From Auanema rhodensis (lineage: Eukaryota; Animalia; Nematoda): a stretch of DNA of 64,000 nucleotides. The number at the start of each line of letters is the position of its first letter. The stretch's first letter is position 1. The notes under the pieces are model-generated. The model had not been told where the DNA came from. It searched no databases and saw only the letters and a list, made by a program, of their open reading frames with translations. Position numbers and translations under genes: made by a program. This document shows positions 51,969 to 64,000 of the stretch, piece after piece. Location of the stretch: contig OZ059898.1 of NCBI GenBank assembly GCA_964057225.1, positions 8,618,001 to 8,682,000 on the forward strand, read 5' to 3'.

Positions 51969-54900
51969 GTAAGAGATATTTACGAATTTCGCAGACATAA
52001 CAGTAAAAATATAACCAAATTCGTAGCAACTTTCAATGTTTTCTAAGTTATTTTGAGAGAAATACTATAATTCATGATTTAAATCTCGTTTTTTTTCAAA
52101 ATTTCTTCCTTTTTATAAATTTCTTTAAATGTCTCTCTATCTACTCATCTCTACCTCTCTATTTCTCTCTTTATCTATCTATTCTCTCACTTTTTTTCTT
52201 TATAAAAGGAAATCCTTTCTGATGGAACACATCTGTTACTGTAAACCATAAAACAATAGTCAAATATTCTTTTTATTCATTTTCATCTATTCTACTCTGA
52301 TAGTTCTTATCATTTTGTGGTCAAGCTGGCTAAGGAAAATTTTTTTTTAGCAAGGTGACGCCATTTTATTTGACATGAGCAATTCATAGTTGTTATTTGA
52401 CTGAAGAAATATTTAACTGATTTTTTTTTAATACAAAGAAACAAATGACAACATTTATGTGCAGAAAGGTGTTTTTTTTAATTGTTTGACTTTATATTTA
52501 GAGTGATACATTAAAGTTTACGCAAAGTTTATGTGCAACTTGAAAACATCTAATTATAATTTTTCACAATCTTTTAAACTGATAATCAAATCGAGAAAAA
52601 ACTTTCTTTTTTTTTTGATTTTTATATTTTGAAATGATCAACGATTACAAAAATACACTGTGGCAAGCTTATAGGAATAATACACTGTTAGGAAAAAATC
52701 TTCCTATTTCTCTTTCTCTCTCTCTCTCTCTCTCTCAGCTGAGTAAAGAAGGTTAATCTTCTAGGCAAACTGTTGATATGGCACTTTTGCGATAGAAAAT
52801 GCAAAGATTCTTTATTGAGTCTTCAGCTAGTTATTGGGTCTAATATTCTTGAATTTTACGAAATAAAAAGTTACTAGTTCATTTTTTAAAATTCATTAAT
52901 ATATTTATGAAAATAAAATAAAATTGAATATAGAAATAGTTCATTCAATCTGTTGTAGCTGTTCTTCTCTTGAAGTTTTGAGAATTTCCATATTCTTGAC
53001 ATGCATTACAGCTTTGAATGATTCTCATGTGTATCCCGATTTTTCCTTTTTTTACAACATTTTCTAACATTTTCTAAAAATTTGATTACTTTCATATATG
53101 AGGAACAATCAGCTTTCTGCGCTCTCTGACCATCGACAATCCTGTTTATCAGATCAGTTTTTAACGGCTCTAAACCTGATCCTAATAATAGTATTATATT
53201 AAATATATGTTATGTATGATCATTGAAAAGAGGTGGAGAGGGACAGATAGCATATACAGGAAGGTAGGGATGAGGAAAGGGGATAGAGGTTTTCAAATAT
53301 TTTTATTATTTCTTTCTCAATAGTTTATCTTTATTATATTTTATTACTATATAGAATATACTATATATCTAGATTGAAATGGTAACCTTGTTTGATTGAA
53401 AATTCCTATATATTCAGGAAACAAAGTTAGTATCAAGGGTGGAACAAAAAGAGAAAAAGAGATATGAATGATGAGGCTGAGTGTATCCTCTGCTCTAATA
53501 CATATATATTCATATCACCCGATTCTGTTGAGCCAAATCTGTAGATAAGCAAACTAAAATTCATACAACCTATGTTATTTTCTTTCCTTTTTTCAAACTT
53601 TTCTTAAACCCTCTAATATTTTCATTATTTTCATTTATATAAAATTAAAAATTTGGTTTTATTTTCAAGATATTAAATATTTAATTATATATGTACATAT
53701 AAGTGTATATACTATATATATATATATATATTATATTACCTCAAAAATAATATAGAAAGAACATGGGAGGACTACATATTTTCTTTTTATTTGCCAAAAA
53801 ACAACAACCAGAATTCCCAATTTATTTTTCCAATAAATTAATTTTTGATGAAAAAGTTTTTTTTTAATAAAAATGATTTAAAACGGTTGAAAAGGCATTT
53901 TGGTATAACAATAAACTGATTATCATGTTTCTGCTTGAGGAAACATTAGTGTTTTGATTACAAACAGATTAATTTCCTTCCTACACCTTTGATTATCAGT
54001 CAGAACGTTTTTTTTCAGGCAAAACGTATTCAAGCATATCATTATATTCTAAATATATTAATTTAAGTTAATTATAATATTATTATTATATATATAACCA
54101 TATAATTTCTTTTTTTTTTAATTTCTTAACATTATTTTTTTTTTGATAATCTCAGATTTTATCTCAAACAAGAATATTCATTTGATTGATTTCTACATTT
54201 TTTTTGTCTAAAATGATAAAATGCAAAATGTAAAATAGCATAAATTGAATTCAAATGAATATGAGTTACAAGCTGAAATCAGTAATAATGCTGCTCAATT
54301 TAATATTAATCATCTGAATTGTCTGCAAAATCTGAGGGCCACAGCGATTTTCTCAAAAATCTCATTATCAATATATTTGAGGTAAACTGGTTGCTAGGAG
54401 AAAGAAAAAAAATGAATTGATATACAGATAAATATTGAGATATTATTGTATATTTGGTGGCAATTTTTTTTTCTTCCCAGTTTTAGCATCTAAATTTTCT
54501 GGTAAATTATTAAAAGGCTTTTGGCTATTTTTTCTGCATTTCACCGCCGCCTTTGTATATGAAAAGACTGCGCAGACTTCTTAAGCTTTTTTTTTTCGGA
54601 AAAATATATTTCATTCATATGCTTGATATGAAGAATGATCAGTATACGTTTGTTTGTTCCCTATTCTGCCACTTTTGCTGTTGTTCCCTTAGTCCAGCCT
54701 GGCACACCCTGTTGTATCCTAGTTCAAAGGTTTTCAATGCTCGTCTCTCTAAAAGCATATTCAATTTGAGCATTTCAAACGTCTTCAACATTCATTTTCT
54801 CTATATTTTGATCGTATTTTATTCCATGTTAGTCTATTTAGTTCTGTAAAAATATCTTTAGTACTCATGTGTTTTCAAAATAAAAAAATAGGATCTCTCT

Positions 54901-56278
54901 TTTCAAACATCTTTTAAATGTTCTTTCTCATGTTTTTTGAAACTATTTCACAGCTAACACAACATCATCACATGCTGTTTTTCTGTTTAGAAATTCAGAT
55001 ATGGCCCGACTTGAGACTATGAATCGTCAGATTTTCAGCTGGCCATCACAAATATTCTTCTATTTTCATTTATTCATAAATCTTAATAAATAGCATTCCT
55101 TATCACTTTTATAATTATGAATATGATAGTTAACATTCTCTATTATAATATATTTTTCTTTTTCTTTATAATCATCTTCAATCATGATTTGATTATGATT
55201 TACATTCAAATTTGTTTTGTATTTTCTATTTCCGTCACTTAACAATCCAACTTATTACAAACTTTCTAATTTCATCAATGTTGCAGCAAATCAGAAAACC
55301 TACGCTAACAAAAGTAGAAAACTGGACGTTACACAAGTACAGTTTATATTTACAAATAAGTCATCGACACACTATGACGAGATGTGCTAGTCCAAGATGC
55401 TTATCAAATGTTTGGTAAGTTTATGTATAGAAAAACTCAAAAAGTCGAATCTTTATTCTTATTCTATATTCATATTCAAATATTACTTCTTCTTCTTCTA
55501 TCTTATTCATCTTATCTTTTCTCTCTTTATTATTTTATAAATTTTTCTATTTCAATTATATTCCCTCAATTCATCTATTCATTTTCAAATATTTCATCAT
55601 TTTTCTTTTTAGTTATCATTTATATGATATTCGGAACAAAATGATGAATACAATATATACATCATAATAGAAATACAAATACATGGATTTCCATAAAGGG
55701 TGGAACATCCAGATCAATTTTTCTTTTCTTTTTTTTTCTTATTTCTTGTTTTTTTTAGTAAACAGAAATAACACATACTGAACTTACCATCAGAAGCATG
55801 TAAGCTTGTTCATTGATTAAATTGTAGGCTTCTACACTGAACAATTGAATTCGCTTTCGAAAATTTCCGTATTTTCAAGGTGTTTGTTTATTTCTTGTTT
55901 GTCAGAAAGTAAGTGATTAGAGTTACACAAGAAACAAAGCCAGTATTCATCAAAAAAATTAAAAAAAAAAGAAGTTTTGTTTTCTTGGTAGCTTATTTCC
56001 ATTTTTTTGCTTACTACCCTGTGCTAAATGTTTCTTAAAATCAGAAGAAAAGTGATAGTAGATGACTGTAACAATTAATTTTTATTTATTTTTCTATGAA
56101 AATCGTTTATTTATTCTAACAAAACTCTTTAAAACTCTTGAAAAATTCAATTGAATGATGACAAAGATTAGCTACCGTGTGATCGAAATAAGATAAAGCT
56201 AAGAGTAGTAACAGTATTAAGTTTAAATTTACTTTCAATTACCTATGACTAATACTCATTTTAGTTAAGTGGGGGTGA

Positions 56279-57578
56279 TCACGTGAAAAGTTTATTTTCT
56301 TATTAAATAAAATAAATATATATATTTGTATCTCATCATACACATTCACCTATGTTATTCTTAATTCACGTGATTATATAAAGAGATTAAAGCAAATGTT
56401 GATATATTATATACTATATAAATGTATTTGTATTATATAAAATGCTTCACATTTCATAAGAAATTCTAACCTATTAGATCTCTCATAGAATAAAGAAAGA
56501 AAGAGAGAGAGAGAAAGAGAGAGAGAGAAAGAGAGAGAGAATCGTTGCTAGTGAATAAAGAAAAAGAGAAATATAGAAAAATAGAAAAATAGAGAGATAT
56601 ACACATGAATATGCTTGTTGGTATAGAGTACAACTAATGACGTCATTTCATTTTTGACTTAGTACATGAGCTTAAAATCAAGGAATTCTAGTAATACTTG
56701 TCCAATATATCATAACATTGCGTTTTCGCATTGATTCCTGAAATTTATTTTACTCTTTGAAAATGCAACCGCTTTCAGTTTGTTCTGAAAACAAAATGAA
56801 AAAAAGGGTTCATCATCATGCAACTACTGCAGAATTCACGTTATCATTTTGAATTAGCATAAATGACGTCAATCATTCGAAGTATTAAAGTCAATTCTCA
56901 TTCTTGTTATTACGATATACTCATCAGTTTTAATATTTTATGTTTTTCATGATTCTTATGATGAAATAACTTCTTTTTTTTTTCTTTAATTCTTTTACCC
57001 CTTACTTGTTATTGCAATATATTTCTTCTAAAATTCTTCATATGATAACGAATTTTTTAGAAAAAAAGAAAAAGAAACAAAGTTTTATACATTCACATAT
57101 ATTTTAACTAAAAATAGAAGAAAAAAATTAAAATTTTGAGCTTCTCATGTCTCTAGCTTATATAGATATATGATTGTATTTTTGATACTTGAATTAATAA
57201 TGACGTGATGAACTAAAATATATAATTATATATATATCATCAACTTTATTTCATAACAGTTAAAATCATAAAAAAAGTTTAAAATTACATTGTTGGCTTG
57301 TGTGTTGAATATTTTCATTTCTAACATAGTTTGAACACCCCCTCTTTCTTTTTAATTGTGTCTAAAGATAAAAGTAAAGTAAAATTAATAATTTATTTAT
57401 ATTATAATCAATATTATAGATTATATTCAATAATTTTACTTTTCATTTAACTACATTTGAACTTATTCTATTGTTTTCGTTAACTCAAATATACAGTTAA
57501 AAATGTTGAACAGATATCCAGTTAGAGTTATAACTGATCTGTTGTCTTCAGACTAACATGACGTCATTCGACGTCATG
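56279..57578. promoter_or_regulatory. Cluster of E-box TCACGTGA (56279, 56366) and CRE TGACGTCA (56638, 56864, 57559) sites upstream of a likely + strand promoter near 57700
   Basis: Motifs read directly. They are followed by a pyrimidine tract and a donor CG|gtaaga at 57769. Confidence 0.55.
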
Positions 57579-58459
57579 GAGGTTTTGCTGTTGAGGGGTT
57601 CGTTTCTTCCTCCCGCTTCACCCGCTTTTTCTATTCTTCATTTCCCTCACACTCTGTTTCTCTCTGAATTTGGTTCTCTTTTCCTTTCTCTCCCTGTTCG
57701 CAGCCTCCCCCCCCCTCCCTCCTCTAACAGAAGCTACTAGCTATTGCAGCTGAAATTTTTTGTTTATCGGTAAGAGAAGGCAGACCACATACAAACATGA
57801 ATACATATGTGTATGTTGTTCCTTTATGTTTGTCTCATAACATTGAGGGTTTCAGTTTAAGTTTTTAGTTTTCATTAGACTCTTATTCGTTGGAATAAAA
57901 GAAAAAAAAGTTTGCTTCAAGACACAAATTATGTCAATGTATTCTTAGTACCAAGTGAGTATAAGAAGCATTTTCTACGAACTCAAATTAGAATGATGAA
58001 AGTGTTATGCTGAGTGGTGTTGGTGATGTAGATGGGAGGAGGAGGAGGAGGAGTAGAAGAGAAGGCAGGGAAGGTTACGAGAAAATTAGGTTCCACCCTC
58101 ATAAAGAATCTGACAACTTCAGTGTTTGTTGACTAATATATGCACATATGTATATAAATATATTTATATACATATAATTAACAAGATATATATATGTTTA
58201 GTTGAATATAATCAATTAATATAGTTTTAATGATAGTAGTTGTGACGTATTAATGAATATATTCAATAAGTTCAAATTATATGCTAAATAATGATCAGCT
58301 TTGATACCATGTTAACCTGAATAATCTCAATTATTCAAATATTTTGATTTTTCTAATTATATATTTTGAATATATGCATACATATATACTATATATATAT
58401 ATATCGATATATCATATAGTTAAATTCAATTTCCTAATAACTTTAATAATTTGTTTCAG

Positions 58460-58546
58460 TGAAGAAAATGTTGAAAGAACACGTGCTGTAGTTCCGCGCA
58501 AAGGTGTAGAATCTAGACGAAAACGACGACAATCCACAGATCAAAG
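58460..58546 (+). other. Isolated 87-nt exon, coding (EENVERTRAVVPRKGVESRRKRRQSTDQ) or 5'UTR
   Basis: Strong tttcag| acceptor and AAG|gtatgt donor around a GC-richer island in very AT-rich flanks. Confidence 0.6.
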
Positions 58547-59016
58547 GTATGTTCACATTAATATGTCTGACCCGTTCAAAAATATAAAAAATTTCCTCCA
58601 TATTCTGAAAGTAATTTCCTAAACTTAAAACTTTGAAAAATTTGTTGAAATCTTTTTTTTCTTATAATTAAGCATATCGTTCGATCGATTAATTAGAAAA
58701 GAGAAAAAAAAACAATCAAGATTCATGATTATGCAATATGTATGTAAAACTGGAAAATTAACTTTAATATTTTAATTTCCGTTAAATTCATAACGAATTT
58801 CATATCTTTTATTATTAGTATTATAAAAATTGATTAAGATATTTTTCAATTTAATCTATATATTCATAAAGATTTATAAATAACTATTTTTTTATAAAAT
58901 TATAAAAAAAATGATATCATTTCTTGTGTTGAAGAATAATAATGACAGAAAAAAGGCTAAATGACAACAAGATATGTCATTATATATACTATATACTATA
59001 ATATTTATTATATATT

Positions 59017-59018
<2 letters not shown>

Positions 59019-59060
<42 letters not shown>

Positions 59061-59264
59061 AATATTATAATATTCTGATTTAAATACAAATTGATTTCAT
59101 ATTTTCCATTTCAACATAATAAAAAGTACTTCCCTTTTGAAGTTAAAGCTTAATAATAAAATTGAAAAAAAAAAGTTTTATTTTATAAATACATACATAC
59201 ATGTTGTACATATGTATTACATGAAAAACTATTTATAAATAGCATATTTAATAAAAAATATTAT

Positions 59265-59300
<36 letters not shown>

Positions 59301-59322
59301 AATCACCATCATAATCATCATA
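59019..59322. repeat. (TA)n (about 59019-59057) and (CAT)n (about 59266-59322) microsatellites
   Basis: Direct inspection. Confidence 0.9.
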
Positions 59323-61051
59323 ATGTAAATTCAGTCATATGAGCTTTAATATGACTTTAGATGAAAAAATCTTTTCATTCCTCTATCTTCTCATTTTTCT
59401 TATAATCTTTTAACTTTTTATTAAACGTATATAATATAATATATTCTGATAAAATGATGACATTAAATAATTATTTGATCATTTTAAACGAATATAGAAA
59501 ATACGTATTGAAATAAAATTTAATGTTTTTATTAAAATATTATTATATTGATTTCCATTAAGATATAATATTACATTAATTATATATTTATTTATAATAA
59601 ATATAAATAAGATTTTATTCTAAAAAGTCGGCAGATGACAATTTGAATCAGAAGAACTTGGTCCGTTTGTTTTCTCAATATGTGATGACTATTTAAACAA
59701 ATGACATCATTCTATATATTCTAGTATTTCACTGCATTAATCTTGCAGATGAATCTCTTCTTGCTTTTCCTAGTTCATTTTCATCCAATTTTTCTAATTA
59801 TTAAGAGCAAAATCATTTTTAAAGGTTTCTACTATTTATGAATTATTCTTTCTCATTATATTAATTATTTCAAAATAATTATATAAGCTATCATAATCAT
59901 ATGCGTGTATAAGCTTTTCTTTTGAATTTAACATTTCTTTTAATATTTTTCTTGAAATCTTTTCTTTTCTTGGTAAATAAAAAAGAAAAGAATTAAAGAA
60001 TAACCTTTATTAGTTAAAACAGACGTTTTCTATTTAATAATTACTCATTTTTGATTATAAGATATACACATACATATGTTTATGTATACTATATGAATAT
60101 ATAATTTTTTGGTTTAAAAGTATTACTATACTTATATATATATATACTATACTATACTATACTTTATTAATGAATATATATATATATATATATATATTAT
60201 AATTATAATTATATCAGTATAATTTAAATATATTTTAAAAAGGATAAGACATCTATGTATATGTATATCTAGAAATAGTATAGTAAGTGCAAATGACCTT
60301 TTAAGTTTTGGATTATAAATGACAATATGATGGATATAAGAGAAAAGAAATGATGATAACTATATGTATGTATGTATACCTACCTATATAATATGTAAAT
60401 ATATACATTCAAATTTATTATTATATATATATATACTATATGTTTTATCAGCTTAGAAGAGAAAAAAAACAAATTTGACGTTTTCTTCTCATATTTTTTC
60501 CGTTTTTTCTCTTTAAATTTGATGAAAACGGTGAAAATTAATATTTGAGTTCTTGATTTGTATTAAATTTATGAAATAATTTATATAATTAAGAGCTGTC
60601 TCATTTAGATATTTTATATAAAATCATTCGTAAATTAATATTTGGACACCTAATTATCTTGATTTTCAATCAGCCATGAAATATGTTTTTTTTATAATTT
60701 GGTTGAATAATTTCAAATTATTATATTCATACATCTAGTATATAATTGGATATATATATACATATAGTTAGTATGTAGGTGTTATACTAGAGGGTGGATC
60801 ATTAAAATTAAGTGATGATAGAAATGACTTTTCTCATTTTTTTGTGTGAATAAACATTGAAAATAATCAAAAAGACTGAGAAGAGTCAGTGATATCAACT
60901 GAAATCGGATGAGAGGATGTGTAAAATGTGCAGAAATGCAATGTGATGAAGCCACAAGTCATCTAGAGAGAACGTGAGTGTAGAAGCTGAAATTCGCATT
61001 GAAAAGGAATAAGATTCGAGAGAAAAGGAAAAAGATGAGACTCAGATAAAG

Positions 61052-61058
<7 letters not shown>

Positions 61059-61143
<85 letters not shown>

Positions 61144-61218
61144 TTTCTAATCCCTCCTATGCATTTCTTGCTCTCTCTCCGTATTTCTAATCCCTCCTAT
61201 GCATTTCTTGCTCTCTCT
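61059..61218. repeat. (CT)n microsatellite followed by an exact 40-bp tandem duplication (61131-61170, 61171-61210)
   Basis: CTCTCTCTCCGTATTTCTAATCCCTCCTATGCATTTCTTG occurs twice in tandem. Confidence 0.95.
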
Positions 61219-64000
61219 GGACGTCTGTTGCATAAGTCTGAATGAAACGTATCAGGGATGCAGAGGAGCAGGACGAAAGCTGATTGGGTAGAAGGAAGGC
61301 GATGGAAGACGGAGAAAAAGAAGGAAAACGAGAGAGGGAAGCCGCGAAAGAAGGAGGGAGCAAGAGAGATGAGAGAAAATGAGAGTAGGGGATGGAAAAG
61401 TGACGTCGTTGTCCCTCCCACCCTCCACACTCAGATCCAACTATGGCTAATAAGCAGGCCGGGAGTGGCAACCTATTTTGTCGTGCTTGTTTCTCTGTCT
61501 GTATACTGCATGATCAAGTAAGCTTCAATGCTCTCTTCTGTCCTCTCTTTCTCTATCTCCCTCTCACTTCATATTGTCCTCTCATGTTTCTATTTCTCTT
61601 TTTCATTGCTCTTTTTCCTCAATTTATAATAAAGTATAACCATCACGTGAGTTAGAACTTTACGTGCAATGTCACGTACCCATGCTCAGTCATATCAGGA
61701 ATATCAGATTATTAAAATGCTTGTCCTTTAACTGTCTTCACACGTTTTTTCTTCCTTTTTTCCCTATTTCCAACTATATTCCATCTCCTTTTTCAATTTT
61801 ATGAATATCTGCCATCATTACTGTTATCTTTTAGAGCTGCTTACTTAGATATTTTGAAAATCTTAAGAAAAGGTTTCGAAATAGCCGGCTCATTGCTTCA
61901 GTATTCGTTCCAATTTGTCGTTAGCGTTGTCTTCTCGATATGTGTTGTCGTTTCCAACTTTTGCGCTGCTATCTATCTCCCTCGTTCTCCCTCTCTCTTT
62001 TTTTCTCTCTCTCTCTCTTTCTCTCTCTGTCTAATTCTTCTATCTTCGTCATCCCTCGTATTTTCTTTTTTCTTAACTTCTAATTCTTATTCTCATACTC
62101 CATATATCTGTATGTGTGATGGCTTACTCTATCTATAGAATGACGTTTACGTGACAGCACGTAAATCACATAAATCAAGTTCAGTATACACGTGCATTTT
62201 GCGATTTTTTTATTCAAAATCTTCTGAATTGTAATGAAAACTTACAAATACATTTATTTATATATAGATTTTATTCTCATTCATCATTCGTTCTCTATCT
62301 TTCCAACATTTTGGATGAATACTCTGTGAGCAGTGACAGACTAAGTAAAATGCCGATTATCTGATTTGGCATTTTTCCACGGAACTGCTACTTTTCCAAG
62401 AAACTTCTAAAGCTTATTGTCTACCTTTCTAACTATATACTCGTGATTTTTGGTGTTGGTCAGGTGTTAGCAGAAACAATGATTGCCCGTTCTGGTCAGA
62501 TGAATGACATCATAGACATGTTGTCATGCTCTATTTCAAGCAATCATCTTCTGATCTTTCTAAATATATCATTTATATTTTTATGTGTCATCACCATATC
62601 TGTTGTTGTCACTACGATGGTCACGCTTTATATGAATTTCACGTACTCACGTTTCATCATTTTCTTAGGACTAGGCTTGAAGATCGGTTACATGTTGTCC
62701 AACCCATTCATCTCTTTTTCTTTTCATTTTTCTCATTGTTTCTACGTTTTCATGTCCTGCTACCTTCCCTATTTTACCTTTTTTTATCTGGTTTTCAATC
62801 CAATTCTGATATCCCCTGCAATATGGTGATAGGTATACCTTATAACACAATCTTTAAATCATTAAATAATACTTTGATACTTAAAATTATTATTATAAAC
62901 TATATTATAACTATAATTGAACTCTAATTTTCATATCAGACTGTATATATATATATAAATATATTCATAAGAAGTTTTGATTATTTTATTTTTATAATCT
63001 ATAAGACTTATACTTCTTCTGAATGTTAGCAATCTTACTTAAAATATAATTTATGATTCTTAAATTCTCTTTCGTCTTCTTCTTCTTTTCTATAAAACTG
63101 TTCTGGAGATTACAAGGTGCCACTATCTATTTAAGATATAAGGCTATAAAGCTTTTCAACACCTCCATTCAATATTATCTTTGTTATTTTGTTGCATTAT
63201 ATGATGTTATAGAAATATTTTCTACTACAAATTCATTTTATTTGCCAATTATGATGAAAGAAATATTCTCGATGAAAAAGTTCCATCGCATTCAACGTCT
63301 TCATCACTCTAGCCTCAGGCATCTGTTGCGCAGACAAGGCGCATGATGTCATATCCTGACCATTATAAACGAGTTTCACGTCCTCTCGTTGTCATTTCCA
63401 TTTATAGATATAATAATCATTCAAAAATAATTTTTTTGGTAATGTACTTTCGAATAGAGGACAGATCAGAAACCGTTAAATCCCAGAAATGCACTTTAGT
63501 TTATTATTACGTTAATGCGTTTTTTCCTGGCTTCAAAGCTTTTTTTTTATCAATATTTATGTTCATCTTTTTCCTATCCAGCTTAAATATCGTCTTAACT
63601 ATTTCTTTTAATTAAGAAATAACTGAAAACAGTTTTTTGATCATAAAACATGAGATGGAGGTGCAAAGAGAAGAGGCGGGAGGGTTGGGGATTTCATTTG
63701 ACACATTCCCAAATTATAATACAAATGTATATCTAATCAATGTATCATCACACATCATTTTATTTCCTAAATACTATTTTTTCGAAGGAATGAAACGAAT
63801 TTTCAAGCCTAAAAAGACATTAAAACTCAGTTCAAACTATAATCGAAATAAAAAAAACTGTGATATAAGCTCATATCGTTAACTGATATATTTAATATGT
63901 TTTCCTCTATAAAATGGCTTATTTCTCTAAAGATTGTGATAAAGAATCACAAAATTGAGAGGAAAGATGCCGATGTATAGAGCTGATATTGGAATACTGT

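Noticed and set aside
57509-57543. Hairpin AACAGAT..CAGTTA..TAACTG..ATCTGTT as a miRNA precursor
   Set aside because: Only about 35 nt, too short for a pre-miRNA, and no recognised mature sequence.
61187-62927. Several 60-133 aa hydrophobic or charged ORFs
   Set aside because: Low-complexity CT/GA tracts without family motifs. The protein-like piece at 62464 lacks a convincing donor.

Overview
AT-rich eukaryotic DNA from a nematode, most likely a rhabditid (clade V). Evidence: introns of about 39-50 nt with GT..TTTAG/TTTCAG ends, TTTTCAG trans-splice-type acceptors just before start codons, and proteins close to C. elegans orthologs. The supplied ORF track ignores splicing and is mostly spurious, so genes were rebuilt by hand. 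Recognisable genes: 3' end of NADPH-cytochrome P450 reductase emb-8 (+), a two-RRM RBMS/Shep ortholog sup-26 with several alternative first exons (+), prp-6 (+, 24 exons), stomatin unc-1 (-), mtp-18/MTFP1 (-) and Crumbs-like eat-20 (+). The best new candidate is absent from the ORF track: a two-exon 55-aa secreted prepropeptide at 1342-1603 (-). Its predicted product LSTNEWFSLSHVWGSLW carries the W-x6-W motif of myoinhibitory peptides but appears non-amidated. The last 20 kb has no recognisable CDS. It holds clustered CRE and E-box palindromes, two strongly folding islands and scattered + strand exons, probably the multi-promoter 5' region of a gene or lncRNA running past the window end. No rRNA, tRNA, CRISPR array or intact transposon was seen.
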